A DNA stretch of 64,000 nucleotides from Candidatus Bathyarchaeota archaeon. Lineage in GTDB: Archaea > Thermoproteota > Bathyarchaeia > 40CM-2-53-6 > RBG-13-38-9. Of the stretch, positions 1 to 11,345 are shown one piece after another. The notes beneath the pieces are model-generated. The model saw only the letters and a program-made list of their open reading frames with translations, ran no database searches and was not told where the DNA came from. A program made the position numbers and the translations under genes. The stretch spans positions 448,001 to 512,000 of the forward strand of contig CAWECG010000001.1 of the NCBI GenBank assembly GCA_963807605.1, in the 5' to 3' direction. Position 1 is the stretch's first letter; every line of letters begins with the position of its first letter.

Positions 1-1848
1 ATAAATGAGAATCTAGTGCCGGTGCAAGTTGAGGTCTTCCCGAATAAAGCGCGTTACGTCTACAGCTCATCAGGTGGGCTGTTTAAAGCCGAATTAAACA
101 CGACCGACATCAAAGATCTCGGGCCCGTCCTAATTCTGTCAGTGAACAGAAAATGCACCTTAGCACCGTTAGTAGACATCAGAGGCGTCTATGAAAAAAC
201 CAATTTGAATGACATAATTGTCGACTATCAGAAAGACTACACCGAAATCAGAGGCAAAGAAACTTCACTGATAATGTTCGGCTTGCAGAATTTTGAGAAA
301 GCAACGACAACTCTCAGTTGGCACTACAAATATGATGATGGGTTCAGAAAGAAAGAGAATGGGTTAATCTCGTTCAAAGGCGCTGACAGGGAAGTCTTAG
401 CAGCCGGTTACGGCATTGCCGATCAACATGTGCTCATCAAACCCTGCGAGAAAGGAGCAGAACAAGAGACTGCCAAGACTCTTTCGAAAGTTGAACCTTC
501 ATCGTTGATAGAGAAAGAAGAAGAGAGATTAGACAGGATATTAGATTCTGTAAGAATAGACACCGGAATAGAATTGACCGATGTAGCCTTGGCAGGCCGT
601 ATTCTGACTTTAACTTCTTTCGGTCTTCCCGTGAATGGAAACGTAATTCCGGAAGCAGGAAGCTGGTGGTTTAGAAATTTGTGGGCACGAGATGCCCTTG
701 AGGGAATCTTTTGGAATATAGAGACCTATGTGAAGATATTAGGAATGAAGGAATTTGTTAGGTCGACCTTGCGTTTTCTTCTGTCAACACTGAAATTAAG
801 CAAAGCTGGCTTTTTGCCCGCTGTTATGACTCCTAACCCAGCAGGAGTGTCAGCAGACGGAACCATTCTACTTTTCTCTGCAATAGCAAAGTACAGCGAT
901 GTTACTGGTGAAAAGGAGCTTTTCCTTGAAGCCAGAGAGATTCTAAGGAATCTCGCGGTTATCCTTCAGAATAACAGCGCAGACGTGGAGGGAGGACCTC
1001 CAGTTCTGGGAGAGAATTGTCTGTTGGCCTGTGCTCCAAATCAATCATGGACAGACAGCGTAAAACATGTCTCAGTAGGTTATGCTTCTTACCCTGGTTT
1101 TCCCTCAAGGATTCCAGACGAGTGGATAATCAAAGACATAGGGAGGATAGGGCCAGAAAAGGCTAGAGGAAGAGCCTTATCTCCAAAGTTCCTCCTTCCG
1201 GAGATCAACGCTCTTTGGATAAAAGTTTTGGAGAAATATGAAATCGAAAATCTGCTGCCAGATGCTGAAACGAATTTCCGTAAGATCTTCTGGAATGGCA
1301 ATTTCATAAACAACCTAGTCTCAATGGAAGGCGGGACGGATCCAACGGTCACCTCAATGGGAGTCGTGACTCTATCACTGCTTAAACACCTTTTCAATCA
1401 GAATGAGATCGACAGAGCTTGGAGTATAGTCAAAGAGAGACTCCTGATCCGCAGGCTTCCGGTGAGTTTCGGATCTTCACCTGTCCCATTCGGTATTCTT
1501 GTGAAGGATTCAGCGAAGAGGATCTACTTTGACGATGACGAGTATCATGAGGCTGTCGTTTGGCCCAGGGACATACCTTACCTGCTGGAGCTGGCTAAGA
1601 CAGCTGGTGAACCCGATCTAAGGAACTTACTTCTTAACGTTCTTGACGAGAGCCTATCCGAAGGCGCCTTGTTTTACACTGGCGAACTTTATTCTTTACC
1701 TGAAGGGGAAAATCCCAACCCGAACTCGCCTCTATCAGATAATCCCGTTCCAGTCAAGAACCAGATTCAATATTGGAGTCACTGGTGTGACCCCTTCTTA
1801 GACTTCAGCCTTTTAGCTCAGAAATACGATATTAATTCAAGAAAGTAA
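1..1848 (+). CDS. Archaeal-type glycogen debranching enzyme (amylo-alpha-1,6-glucosidase); may start upstream of the window
   Basis: Motifs EAGSWWFRNLWARDAL, SADGT, QSWTDS, PEINALW, YHEAVVWP and QYWS typical of the GDE_C (alpha/alpha)6 family; frame is open from base 1; glycogen-cluster context. Confidence 0.8.
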   Translation: MNENLVPVQVEVFPNKARYVYSSSGGLFKAELNTTDIKDLGPVLILSVNRKCTLAPLVDIRGVYEKTNLNDIIVDYQKDYTEIRGKETSLIMFGLQNFEKATTTLSWHYKYDDGFRKKENGLISFKGADREVLAAGYGIADQHVLIKPCEKGAEQETAKTLSKVEPSSLIEKEEERLDRILDSVRIDTGIELTDVALAGRILTLTSFGLPVNGNVIPEAGSWWFRNLWARDALEGIFWNIETYVKILGMKEFVRSTLRFLLSTLKLSKAGFLPAVMTPNPAGVSADGTILLFSAIAKYSDVTGEKELFLEAREILRNLAVILQNNSADVEGGPPVLGENCLLACAPNQSWTDSVKHVSVGYASYPGFPSRIPDEWIIKDIGRIGPEKARGRALSPKFLLPEINALWIKVLEKYEIENLLPDAETNFRKIFWNGNFINNLVSMEGGTDPTVTSMGVVTLSLLKHLFNQNEIDRAWSIVKERLLIRRLPVSFGSSPVPFGILVKDSAKRIYFDDDEYHEAVVWPRDIPYLLELAKTAGEPDLRNLLLNVLDESLSEGALFYTGELYSLPEGENPNPNSPLSDNPVPVKNQIQYWSHWCDPFLDFSLLAQKYDINSRK

Positions 1849-1988
1849 CAATGACTCGAACATTTCTCTTTTGTAGGATCTTCGAGCGCGCGCCTATCGA
1901 ACAGGTGTATACAAAACACTGATTAGTACCAGCACACCAAGTAAAAAATAACGCATCGTCAATCTTTTGGTTTGCAGGAAAATATCGA

Positions 1989-2309
1989 TTATATTGCCCT
2001 AACTAACTCTCTTTTAGCTTCCTCTGGCGGCAGATTTTGCTCTCTAATACCTTTTATTGTTGCGGCTAGAGCTTCGTCTTTCAACATTTCTGATACCCAT
2101 TTCTCGAAGTCTCCCCTGTCGAGATGGAAAGCTATCGATTTACTGTCTACGGCCTTCAAGCATTCTTTGAACTCTTTTAGCGTAGAAGCTGATTTGTTAG
2201 CGGGCACGCCCACGTCCAGATAGAAATGGAACTCTCTACCCGGAGGAGCTCTGGCCACTTTGGCTATTTGAGTTCGTCTTCTACCTGCGGTTGTTGACAA
2301 GAAAATCAC
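1989..2309 (-). CDS. Stand-alone DUF5752-like domain protein
   Basis: EFHFY...A..LKEFKECLKAVDSKSIAFHLDRGDFEKWV closely parallels the C-terminal domain of the GH57 at 7587-9125 (AFHFR...SIEYHFARGDFEKWI). Confidence 0.7.
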   Translation of the reverse strand: MIFLSTTAGRRRTQIAKVARAPPGREFHFYLDVGVPANKSASTLKEFKECLKAVDSKSIAFHLDRGDFEKWVSEMLKDEALAATIKGIREQNLPPEEAKRELVRAI

Positions 2310-2543
2310 CTCGAATGAATCCTAAAATGTACTATGATATTCACGGAAGATAAAAGGGTGTAGGTGGGTCGACCAGATTTCGGAGTTGTTATGCATCAGT
2401 ACTGAGACAGACGAGAAATTCGTAAACCATCCCAGTCACGCGCTTCTTTTATCTCTATGCCTACTGATTCAGAACTAGAAAGTGTCCTTTCCATATTCAC
2501 ATGAAAATGATTTGCGGGATTATTCTAAGCTAATACCTTTTAG

Positions 2544-3878
2544 GTGCTTTCTCTGAAAGTCATAGATAATATCGATATAACAACAGTCAATTTGCTGTTG
2601 ATAGAATTGGCCACGGGTACCACGACCGATTATGACCCTGGATCCTTAGTGACAATAATTCCTATTGGCGGGGAGGCGAAACGTTTACTCCCACTCACAG
2701 CGGAGGTCGCCAAGCCGTGCATTAGGCTGCTAAACCGCCCCATTGTTGAGATGTCACTGTTATCCCTTACAAGTCAAGGAGTAAGAAACTTCATCTTTGG
2801 AGTTAAGGGCTATACCAACTACAGGAGTCTTTACGATTACTTCCAGTCAGGCGTTGACTTCTCAGCAAGATACAAGGTCGATCCACCTGTTCACATCAAG
2901 TATCAGCCCAACGTAGAAGACTGTGGAAGCGCTGACTCAGCCAGAATAAATATTGAATATTATGATATTGAAAAACCGATATTGATTATTCAAGGCGACA
3001 ATATTCTCGACGTTGACCTCAAAGATCTCCTGACTTTTCACCAAGCTAGAAGAGCCTACATGACGATTGGACTTGTACCCGTAACCGACGTTACAGGATA
3101 CGGCATAGCCGATATCGATAAGGACATGAGGATATCAAGGTTTGTTGAGAAACCTAGTCCAAATGAGGCACCATCAAATCTAGCGAACGCGGGACTCTAC
3201 TTGATCTCTCCAAAGATCAGGAGGATCTTCAAAGAGAAGACGATTCAAGAGAAGATTCTAAACAAGCGGTTAGATTTTGGCTACGATCTGATACCCTACT
3301 TGGTAGATGCTGGGATACGTGTCTTTGGGTATGTCCTGAAGGGAACATGGTTTGATGTAGGAACGCCGGAAAGATATCTTGAGGCGATGAAGGCTATACT
3401 TCACGGTCAACTGAAAGCCTTGCAGGACTTCGGCAGTAAGACATCTGAGAATCCTGCTGTGTGGATCCAGGGGGAGAGTATCGAATCCATTCGCACTAGG
3501 GAAGAGATAATGCAGAAGATCACTAGAGGCAAGATCAAGGTTGAAGGTCCCGTCCTTATAGGTAGACACTGCAGGATATCTGACGGAGCTAGAATAGTCG
3601 AATCGTGCATTGACAACTATTCACAGATCGGCAAGAATGTGATCGTAGAGAGATCAGCTGTGATGGACCGCGTAATAGTCGAAGACAACGCCGAGATACG
3701 TGAAAGCATCATAGGAAGACACTCAACCATCAAATCCTGCAGAGCCAAGCCTACAAAGATCCTCCAAACTTCAGTCTTGGCGGACGATGTTACAGTCGAA
3801 GCAGGATGTAACCTTGTAAGCGCAAGAATTTACCCACACAAGTACGTTTCCGAATTCGGCTACACCGACAAGAGATGA
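2544..3878 (+). CDS. NDP-sugar pyrophosphorylase (glucose-1-phosphate nucleotidyltransferase family) with C-terminal left-handed beta-helix
   Basis: IPIGGEAKRLLPLT, QGDN, RFVEKP, ANAGLY, WFDVGTP and hexapeptide repeats; true start may be TTG at 2607. Confidence 0.85.
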   Translation: MLSLKVIDNIDITTVNLLLIELATGTTTDYDPGSLVTIIPIGGEAKRLLPLTAEVAKPCIRLLNRPIVEMSLLSLTSQGVRNFIFGVKGYTNYRSLYDYFQSGVDFSARYKVDPPVHIKYQPNVEDCGSADSARINIEYYDIEKPILIIQGDNILDVDLKDLLTFHQARRAYMTIGLVPVTDVTGYGIADIDKDMRISRFVEKPSPNEAPSNLANAGLYLISPKIRRIFKEKTIQEKILNKRLDFGYDLIPYLVDAGIRVFGYVLKGTWFDVGTPERYLEAMKAILHGQLKALQDFGSKTSENPAVWIQGESIESIRTREEIMQKITRGKIKVEGPVLIGRHCRISDGARIVESCIDNYSQIGKNVIVERSAVMDRVIVEDNAEIRESIIGRHSTIKSCRAKPTKILQTSVLADDVTVEAGCNLVSARIYPHKYVSEFGYTDKR

Positions 3879-3939
3879 GACAGATGCATCACGAGCACTG
3901 TCATATCGACTAATAGCAGACTCAGGAGTATCCAAAACA

Positions 3940-5860
3940 TTGGCAGATGAAGCGAACATTATAGAAAATACGCCGGGAGACGAACTACGACAGCGAGTAA
4001 AGGAACTCTCATGCTTGTATGGAATTGAAAAACTAATCGAACCAGGAGCAGACATCGACAGGATTCTGAACGGGGTGACCTCTCTAATTCCTTCCGCTTG
4101 GCATCAAGCTGATATCGCGTGTGCTAGGATCGTCTACGCTGGGCAGAAATTCGAAACAGCCAACTTCAAGGAGACCTTGTGGAGACAGTCAGCAGATATC
4201 AAAATTCTCGGAAAGAAAGTTGGCGCCGTAGAGGTCTACTATCTGGAAGAGAAACCTGAATTTCATGAAGACCCATTCTTCAAAGAAGAAAGAAATCTGA
4301 TAAATACAATTGCAGGAAGACTCAGCAGATTTCTTGAACGCAAGCAACTAGAGAAGACATTATCGGAAACTAAAGAGTTGCTGGAGAAGGTCTTCTCTAG
4401 CATCGACATCATGATCGTCTACATGGATAGAGATTTCAACTTCATACGTGTGAATCGGGCCTACGCCGAGGCTAACAGACATGAACCCGAGTTCTTCGTT
4501 GGCAAGAACCACTTTGATCTCTATCCAAGCAAGGAGAATGAGGAGATATTCCGAAGGGTCGTTGAGACCGCCGAACCCTATTTCACCTACGCTAAACCGT
4601 TCAAGAACCCTCTACGGCCCGAGCTTGAGATAACCTATTGGGATTGGGGCCTCCAACCCGTGAAAGAAACCGACGGAAGAGTAAGCGGATTAGTCCTAAG
4701 TCTCATTGATGTAACTGAGCGCCAGCAGGCACAGGCAGAGCTTGAGCGTTACCACAAACACTTGGAAGAACTGACTGAAGAGCGAACTAGGGACCTGAAG
4801 CATAGCGAGGCCCGTTACCGCGGAATCGTCGAAGACCTGACCGAACTGGTCTGCCGTTTCTCACCCGACGGCAAACTCACCTTTGTCAATGACGTTTACT
4901 GTCTATACTTCGGCAAAAGACGCGAGGAACTGGTAGGGTACAGCTTCATACCTCTCATCCATCAAGAGGACCGTGAAAGAATAGAGAAACAGATCGCATC
5001 CCTTAGCCCGGAGAGACCTTTAGCTGAGATTGAAGAACGCATTATAATGCCCAGTGGGGAGATTCGCTGGCAAGAGTGGACCAACCGAGCCATTTTCGAC
5101 GATCAGATGCGCTTGATAGAGATACAGTCAGTAGGACGCGACATCACCGAACGCAAGAATCTAGCCGAAATAAAAAACCGATTCATATCAGCCGTCACCC
5201 ATGAACTCCGAACTCCCCTCGTCTCAATTGGCGGGTACTTGGATTACATCCTTATGGGAAAGAGGGGGGCGGTGCCAGAAAATATTCAAGAGAGCCTCAA
5301 AATTGTCAAACGAAACGCTGACATGCTCCTCAGGTTAACGAATGACCTTTTGGAGATTCAACGCATCGAGTCCGGAAAGTTCAGTCTGAAGTTGGAGACT
5401 CTCGATCTTAGGAAAGTTATAGATCGATGCGTTGAAGAGATTCACATTCCTATCGAGAAGAAAAATCAGAACTTTCATCTAAAGATTCCTGAGGGATCCA
5501 TGCCAGTTAAGGGGGACTGGGAGAGGCTGAGCCAAGCCCTAATGAACCTACTCTATAACGCCAACAAGTTCACACCCGAGGGGGGGAATATAGTTCTTCA
5601 GGTGGAAGAGGATGAAGCCACCTTCAGAGATCCAAGTCTCTGATACAGGGCTCGGTATTCGGAAAGAGAATCTAGAGACAGTCTTTGAACCCTTTGCCGA
5701 CATCGAGAAACCAGAATACTTTAGAGGAACAGGATTAGGCCTGAGCGTCACCAAGGGCCTGATTGAGGCTCACGGAGGCAGGATATGGGCTGATTCAGAA
5801 GGGGAAGGCAAAGGATCTACCTTTAGCTTCGAAATACCCAAATTAATGGGCGAGGGATAA
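3940..5860 (+). CDS. PAS-PAS sensor histidine kinase, split by a 1-nt frameshift near 5629
   Basis: Two PAS domains, H-box THELRTPL and N-box NLLYNANKF in ORF 3940-5643; G1 (VSDTGLGI), F-box and G2 (GTGLGL) continue in ORF 5612-5860. Confidence 0.85.
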
Positions 5861-5867
5861 TTCTTTC

Positions 5868-7485
5868 TTGCCAGATAGAATTCTTGTAGTAGACGATGAA
5901 CCCGACATTCTCAATCTGGCCCAGATGATTCTTGAAGGATGGAGGATACGATGTCCTGGTAGCCTCCAATGGGGAGGAGGCCATCCAGAGGGCAGAAGTG
6001 GAGATGCCAGACCTTATCCTCTTGGATGTCGTGATGCCTGGCAAGAGCGGCCTCGAAGTCTGCAAGACCCTAAAGACAAGACTGAGGACTCGGCTCATCC
6101 CGATAGTCATCTTTACTGTTCTAGGTCGCGATGTTGACCGCAAGAATATCATCGATGCTGGGGCGGATGGCCACTTCACGAAGCCCTTTACGCCTGAAGG
6201 TCTTCTATCAGAGGTTAAAAGACACCTTGAGAAGGCCAGAGCATCAAGACCTGCAAAACCCCTAGAAATGGAAGTCAAGGATTTAGGACGTCACCATTTC
6301 AAGGTGGCTATGCTGGCTTGGGAATCACTCTACACTGTTCGTATTGGAGGCCTTGCCGTGGCTGCTACCAGGTTGGCAGAGGAATTAGCCGAGGCGGGTC
6401 ACGTAATCCACTTCTTCACAAGAAGAGCGCCTGGACAGCCCCAATATATGACGATAAACCATGTCAACTATTATACTTGCGTATCAGATCCCGGCAATAA
6501 CAGCTTGGAATTCGCTCGTAACATGTCCAAGGCATTGGTTGCGGGCGTCCATGAAGTTCAGAGATATGAGGGCAAGTTTGACGTAATTCATGGTCATGAC
6601 TGGCTTGTCGTCGACGCTTTACACGATCTCAAAAATGAGGGCTATCCAGTAGTCCTCACTTACCACTCGACTGAGTACGGGCGTCAAGGCGGGAGCTTTG
6701 GTGACTGGTGGGAGTTCAAGGAGATCTCAGGCAAAGAATGGTACGGAGGGTACATCGCGAACAGAGTTACCACAGTCTCCAATTATATGAAGAATGAGTT
6801 GAACTGGCTTTACAAGATCCCTCTTGACAAGATAGAAGTGATTCCAAACGCAATCGATCCAACCGGATACAAACTGAATCTTGATCCTGGTAAAATAAAA
6901 GAGAAGTACGACATTCATCCCTTGGCTCCAATGGTCGGGTTCATCGGCAGGCTAGAAAGTCAGAAGGGCCCTGACCTTCTGGTCGAAGCCATACCAAAAG
7001 TGCTCGCAAACAGATGGGATACCAAATTCATTTTCATAGGACAAGGCAGTATGCGGGGCTACTTGGAGAATAGAGCCAAGGAGCTGGGCATAGCAGACTC
7101 AGCCAGATTTCTGGATTTTGTGCCCTATTGGCATTTTCGAGAGCTTATCAACGCATGTGACATCATCTGTCTCCCCAGCAGGAACGAACCCTTTGGGATA
7201 GCCTTGTTGGAGGCTTGGGCAGCCGGGAAGCCAGTTGTAGCGGCTGACGTTGGTGGCTTACGCGAGAATATAGATAATTTTGTTAATGGAATAAAGGTCT
7301 ACACAACCCCAGAGTCCGTGGCTTGGGGTATAAACTACCTCCTCAACTCACCTGATGCAATGAAGAAACTGTCTGAGGAGGCATCAAAGAAAGTATTGGC
7401 CTTCAAGTGGGAGAATACGATCAACAAACTAGTCGATACCTATTCCCATGCAATTGGCACACAGCTCTCCGGCAAGGTTCCATAG
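5868..7485 (+). CDS. Receiver (REC) domain fused to GT4 glycosyltransferase (glycogen synthase-like); 1-nt frameshift at about 5931-5940
   Basis: RILVVDDEPD (5868 frame) continues as GYDVLVASNG..LLDVVMP..FTVLG..TKPF in the 5932 frame, then in frame AWES..GGL, HGHDW, TYHSTE and EPFGIALLEA. Confidence 0.85.
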
Positions 7486-7586
7486 TTCGTGGACTCTTTT
7501 GATAAGGCTTGAACCCGACTCTGGCGCTTATGTCCCCATTGTCCTAATTGCGAGCAAGTGCTAAAGAAACTGACTTTAGGATCTTC

Positions 7587-9125
7587 CTATATCAGGGCTC
7601 TCAATTCCGATACTCTTTGATTTACACGGTCATGGAGAGTCTTTCTGAGCTCCGCGGCATTTGACTTTCGGATGTTTTCTATTCGATTTGCGAGTTGGTC
7701 ATCTCCTATAACTTTACTGATCCATTTCTCAAAGTCTCCACGAGCGAAGTGATACTCAATAGATCTGTCAGAAGCGATCAAGATAGCTTCTTTGAACTCA
7801 TCCATTGAGTGTGCTGACAGGCTAATGTATTTGCCGTTCTCACGAAAGTGAAAAGCCTCGTCGGGTGGCACTATTCGGAGCACATATGCAGATGTTCTCT
7901 CCGGCTCAGCAAGGTTGTCAGCCACTTTCGCATAAAAGTCCGAAAGGATCCGGGTAAACGCCCAGAAAGCCTGCACAGGAGGTTGATTGCTGAAGTATCC
8001 GTGCACCAAACCTGAAGCCCCTGGCTCCGTGTACATATAGTAAAGATGATCGCTTATCTGCAATAGCCTCCATAATTTTAGAATCTTCTCGTTTCGAGTC
8101 TTCTTTACGTAAGGTTCCAGACACTTTAGAGCGCTGTAGCACGTCCTCTGCATATCGTTGCCAAACCAAGCGTTTGTACTTCGTTCAACATCTGCCCAAG
8201 AGACTGTATTGAAGTCGTTCACAGATACTACTCCCACCGGAGCATGTGAGGATACGAGTTCAGAGGGAGTCTTGAACTGGAGGTTGTTGTATTTCAGAAT
8301 CTCCCCTGGTATCCACTTAAGGAACTCAAGTATTCCTGTTTCGGGCCATTGATGCTCACCGAAAGTCTCGTAGTCGATGAACATGTTTATGCATTGGCCT
8401 GGTGTCGCCGATAGCCATGCGGCGTACTTGTCGGCGGTCAAAGGCCATCCAACCCAGTCTCTAGCGGAGAACCTGAAGGCTACATCATCTGAGAGTCTAT
8501 TGTTTCGCAAGAGAACCACTATGTCTGTTTGGTCTGCTTTATAGACATAGTCGGGCGACCTCCATCCAAGAATACGCTCAGCCCCTTCTGTAAATACTCC
8601 CTGATACCCCATACAATCCAGCGTCTTCGCGATAGAATTGTTGTAGATGAACTCCGTATTCTCGAATACTCGTGGAACATAACCGAAGAGCTCTTCCATG
8701 AGCTGCCTGTGAAGACGCACCTGTTCAATAAATTCCTCTCTATTTGCCGAGAATAGACTTGAAATCGAATGATAATATGTCTGGTCAAGGAACTCCACGC
8801 AACCGCTATCAGCCAATTGTTTGAATAGATCTAAAGCTTCTGGCGCCCAGCGTTCTAGCTGTTCAATTAAAACTCCTGAAATACTATAAGCTACCTTGAA
8901 TTTCTTCTTTTCTTTCTTGAATTTATCGATATTCTTTAAGACTATTTCGTTGGCAGGGATGTAACATTTCCTGGCAACTCTTTTCAGGATGTCTCTGTTC
9001 CATTCATTATCAAAGTAAATTTCAAAGAGCTCTTCGGCCTTTTTGCCCTTGCTCAGGTCTTCGTTGAAATCTTTGAGGATTCTGAAAGGTTGGTGGACTT
9101 CGAAACCAAAACAGACATCAGGCAT
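7587..9125 (-). CDS. Glycoside hydrolase family 57 (alpha-amylase) with C-terminal DUF5752-like domain
   Basis: FEVHQP, QTYYHS, FENTE (nucleophile), DYETFGEH (acid/base), SWAD and QISDHLYYM. Confidence 0.9.
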   Translation of the reverse strand: MPDVCFGFEVHQPFRILKDFNEDLSKGKKAEELFEIYFDNEWNRDILKRVARKCYIPANEIVLKNIDKFKKEKKKFKVAYSISGVLIEQLERWAPEALDLFKQLADSGCVEFLDQTYYHSISSLFSANREEFIEQVRLHRQLMEELFGYVPRVFENTEFIYNNSIAKTLDCMGYQGVFTEGAERILGWRSPDYVYKADQTDIVVLLRNNRLSDDVAFRFSARDWVGWPLTADKYAAWLSATPGQCINMFIDYETFGEHQWPETGILEFLKWIPGEILKYNNLQFKTPSELVSSHAPVGVVSVNDFNTVSWADVERSTNAWFGNDMQRTCYSALKCLEPYVKKTRNEKILKLWRLLQISDHLYYMYTEPGASGLVHGYFSNQPPVQAFWAFTRILSDFYAKVADNLAEPERTSAYVLRIVPPDEAFHFRENGKYISLSAHSMDEFKEAILIASDRSIEYHFARGDFEKWISKVIGDDQLANRIENIRKSNAAELRKTLHDRVNQRVSELRALI

Positions 9126-9300
9126 TCAATCACCATACTCCTCCATCAAAACGGCGGCACACGTAACAATTCATCTTGCCTGCTTAGAAACTTAGCTTAC
9201 AATTAACAACTAGGTGAAAATTCGCAAGAAATCCTGAACGGAGATGTCTTGAAGACGATTCTTCCTGAAGTTATGATTGAAATCGTCTTTCTTTAATCTC

Positions 9301-10545
9301 TTACCCGGAATTCTCACTTATTTCTCCATAACACCTTAGAGTCTGGTCTGCCGCCTTGTCCCAAGTGAAATACTTGAGGACTCTTTCCCTACCATTCTTT
9401 CCCCACTTTCTAGCAGTGTCTTTGTCGGACAGTACCGCCATAATTCCCCACGCGATATCTTGTGCGTTGTTGCCGTCCACATGTACACCACACTGGTCTT
9501 TTCCTGAAGGAACCACTTGTTCCCTGAAACCGACGACACCTCTAGCACCCACGACTGTCGGTTTTTCCATTGCCATTGCCTCAAGGCTCACTATGCCGAA
9601 GGGCTCATAGATCGAGGGGAAGACGCAGACGTCTGATGCCGCATAGTTAAGTATTCTCTCACTTTCGCTGACAAATTCGAACCTATATTGCACTTTATCT
9701 TCTATCCTTAGTCTTGAGGCAAGATCCATTATATCTCTCTGTTCTTCGCCTTTGCCCAAGATCAAGAGTTTCGAGTTTGGATATTTCTCCAATACAGTGG
9801 GCATGGCTTGAATCAGGTTCCTGACACCCTTAACCCAGGTCAAGCGCCCTATGAACAAGATTAGATTGTCATCGTCATTAACGCCATACTTAGCCCTCAA
9901 GGCCTTCACATCGTCGGCTCTGGAATTTTCAGGGTTGTACTTGTCAGGATCAACCCCGTTCCAAGCAACATGTATCTTCTCTTCAGGCCAACGGTGCCTA
10001 GCCAAATCTTCCTTCATGGCGTGGCTTACTGTAATCACGCCATCTGCTTCGTCAGCAGCCTTCTTCTCTAGGGCCGTGATAATATTAGAACCGTTTCCAC
10101 TTCTACCCCATTCGGTTGAGTGGACATGAAATACTGTGGGAATCCCGAGCTCATCTTTGCCGATTATGCTTGCTACGCTGTTAAGCCAGTCGTGAAAACA
10201 TATCAGATCGTACTTGTAACCTTGTTTCTTCACCAGGTCATTGACTAGTTTCGATATCGATAGCGTATTGTACATGAAGAAATCGCTAAAGAACTTGACG
10301 TGGGAACCCCAGCTCTCCAAATCTTTGGATAACAAAGGAAAGATCTTTGAGGCATCTGTCAGGATTGGTCTGTGAACTTCTACTCCTCTTAGAATCTCAT
10401 TAGTCGGTAAATCTCCGGTATTCATGGCGAAGACTGTAACGTCATGGTCTCGCTCCACATATTTCCTAGTTATATTCTCGGCATAGGTACCCAATCCGCC
10501 AACGACAAATGGAGGGTACTCCCATGCAAAGAACGCGATCCTCAT
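9301..10545 (-). CDS. GT4 glycosyltransferase (glycogen synthase-like)
   Basis: AWEYPP..GGLG, FHDW, HVHSTEWGR and YEPFGIVSLEAMA. Confidence 0.88.
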   Translation of the reverse strand: MRIAFFAWEYPPFVVGGLGTYAENITRKYVERDHDVTVFAMNTGDLPTNEILRGVEVHRPILTDASKIFPLLSKDLESWGSHVKFFSDFFMYNTLSISKLVNDLVKKQGYKYDLICFHDWLNSVASIIGKDELGIPTVFHVHSTEWGRSGNGSNIITALEKKAADEADGVITVSHAMKEDLARHRWPEEKIHVAWNGVDPDKYNPENSRADDVKALRAKYGVNDDDNLILFIGRLTWVKGVRNLIQAMPTVLEKYPNSKLLILGKGEEQRDIMDLASRLRIEDKVQYRFEFVSESERILNYAASDVCVFPSIYEPFGIVSLEAMAMEKPTVVGARGVVGFREQVVPSGKDQCGVHVDGNNAQDIAWGIMAVLSDKDTARKWGKNGRERVLKYFTWDKAADQTLRCYGEISENSG

Positions 10546-10695
10546 CCTTGAAACCTTTGAGCAGTATCAGAGATAGTGATGAAAAACCAGAGTCCATTTA
10601 AGACTTTTGTCAGTTTCCACGAGATATCGAATATAATTGAAAATCCAGTTCTTCCTTGAAAAAGTGCAAGTGACTTATACTGCTGGCAGACTTCC

Positions 10696-11115
10696 TTAAA
10701 GCGAGTGTTTATGACTGTTTAGAGACTTGCCACTCTTTTCCCCCAGAAATTTCTCTAATTCTGCAGAGACTTCGTCACCGCCTCCAACCTTTAAGCCACG
10801 GGCGACGTCGTAAAGTACGATTCGGTGCTGCAAATCCTCAGACTCCTCGATCTCACTAACAATCTCACCCGGTAGATTTTCAGACACGAAGATCATAAGT
10901 CTAGCATCCTCTACTTTCCAAAACTCTCTCTCCCGAATAGACATTCTCCCACTCCTAATCATTGATCGGAGAGTGTGTGGGCTCATGCTTCTGCTGCAAA
11001 TTATCATGTGATAGCCTTGATGATCTTTAACCCATTCGCCTTCCTCGCCGAGCTGCCAACCTTCTTTGCCTGCACAGAACTGCTTAAACTCCTTCGGTAT
11101 ACGAGAAAGGTTCAA
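10696..11115 (-). CDS. Hypothetical protein
   Basis: 139-aa ORF with globular composition filling the gap between GT4 and galT-like gene; no motif recognised. Confidence 0.5.
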   Translation of the reverse strand: MNLSRIPKEFKQFCAGKEGWQLGEEGEWVKDHQGYHMIICSRSMSPHTLRSMIRSGRMSIREREFWKVEDARLMIFVSENLPGEIVSEIEESEDLQHRIVLYDVARGLKVGGGDEVSAELEKFLGEKSGKSLNSHKHSL

Positions 11116-11345
11116 GAAAGTCTACCATAAAAAAGTAAGTTGCGCACAGATAAACCTTCTTGGAGTGGTTGCAGCTTATGTCGAGTTCACGTGTCTATTC
11201 ATCGGTCTCGGCGCACAAAGACCTGCAATTCTACTAAGATACTTATCAGTTCCAATCAATCTCATTATATCATAGGAGCTGAGGACTTCCTCAGATTCCT
11301 CCACATTTGCAGCAAAATGTTTCGAAAAAATGGAGATACAACTGT

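Noticed and set aside
5612-5940. Programmed ribosomal frameshifting in the kinase and REC genes
   Set aside because: No slippery heptamer or stimulatory structure seen at either shift
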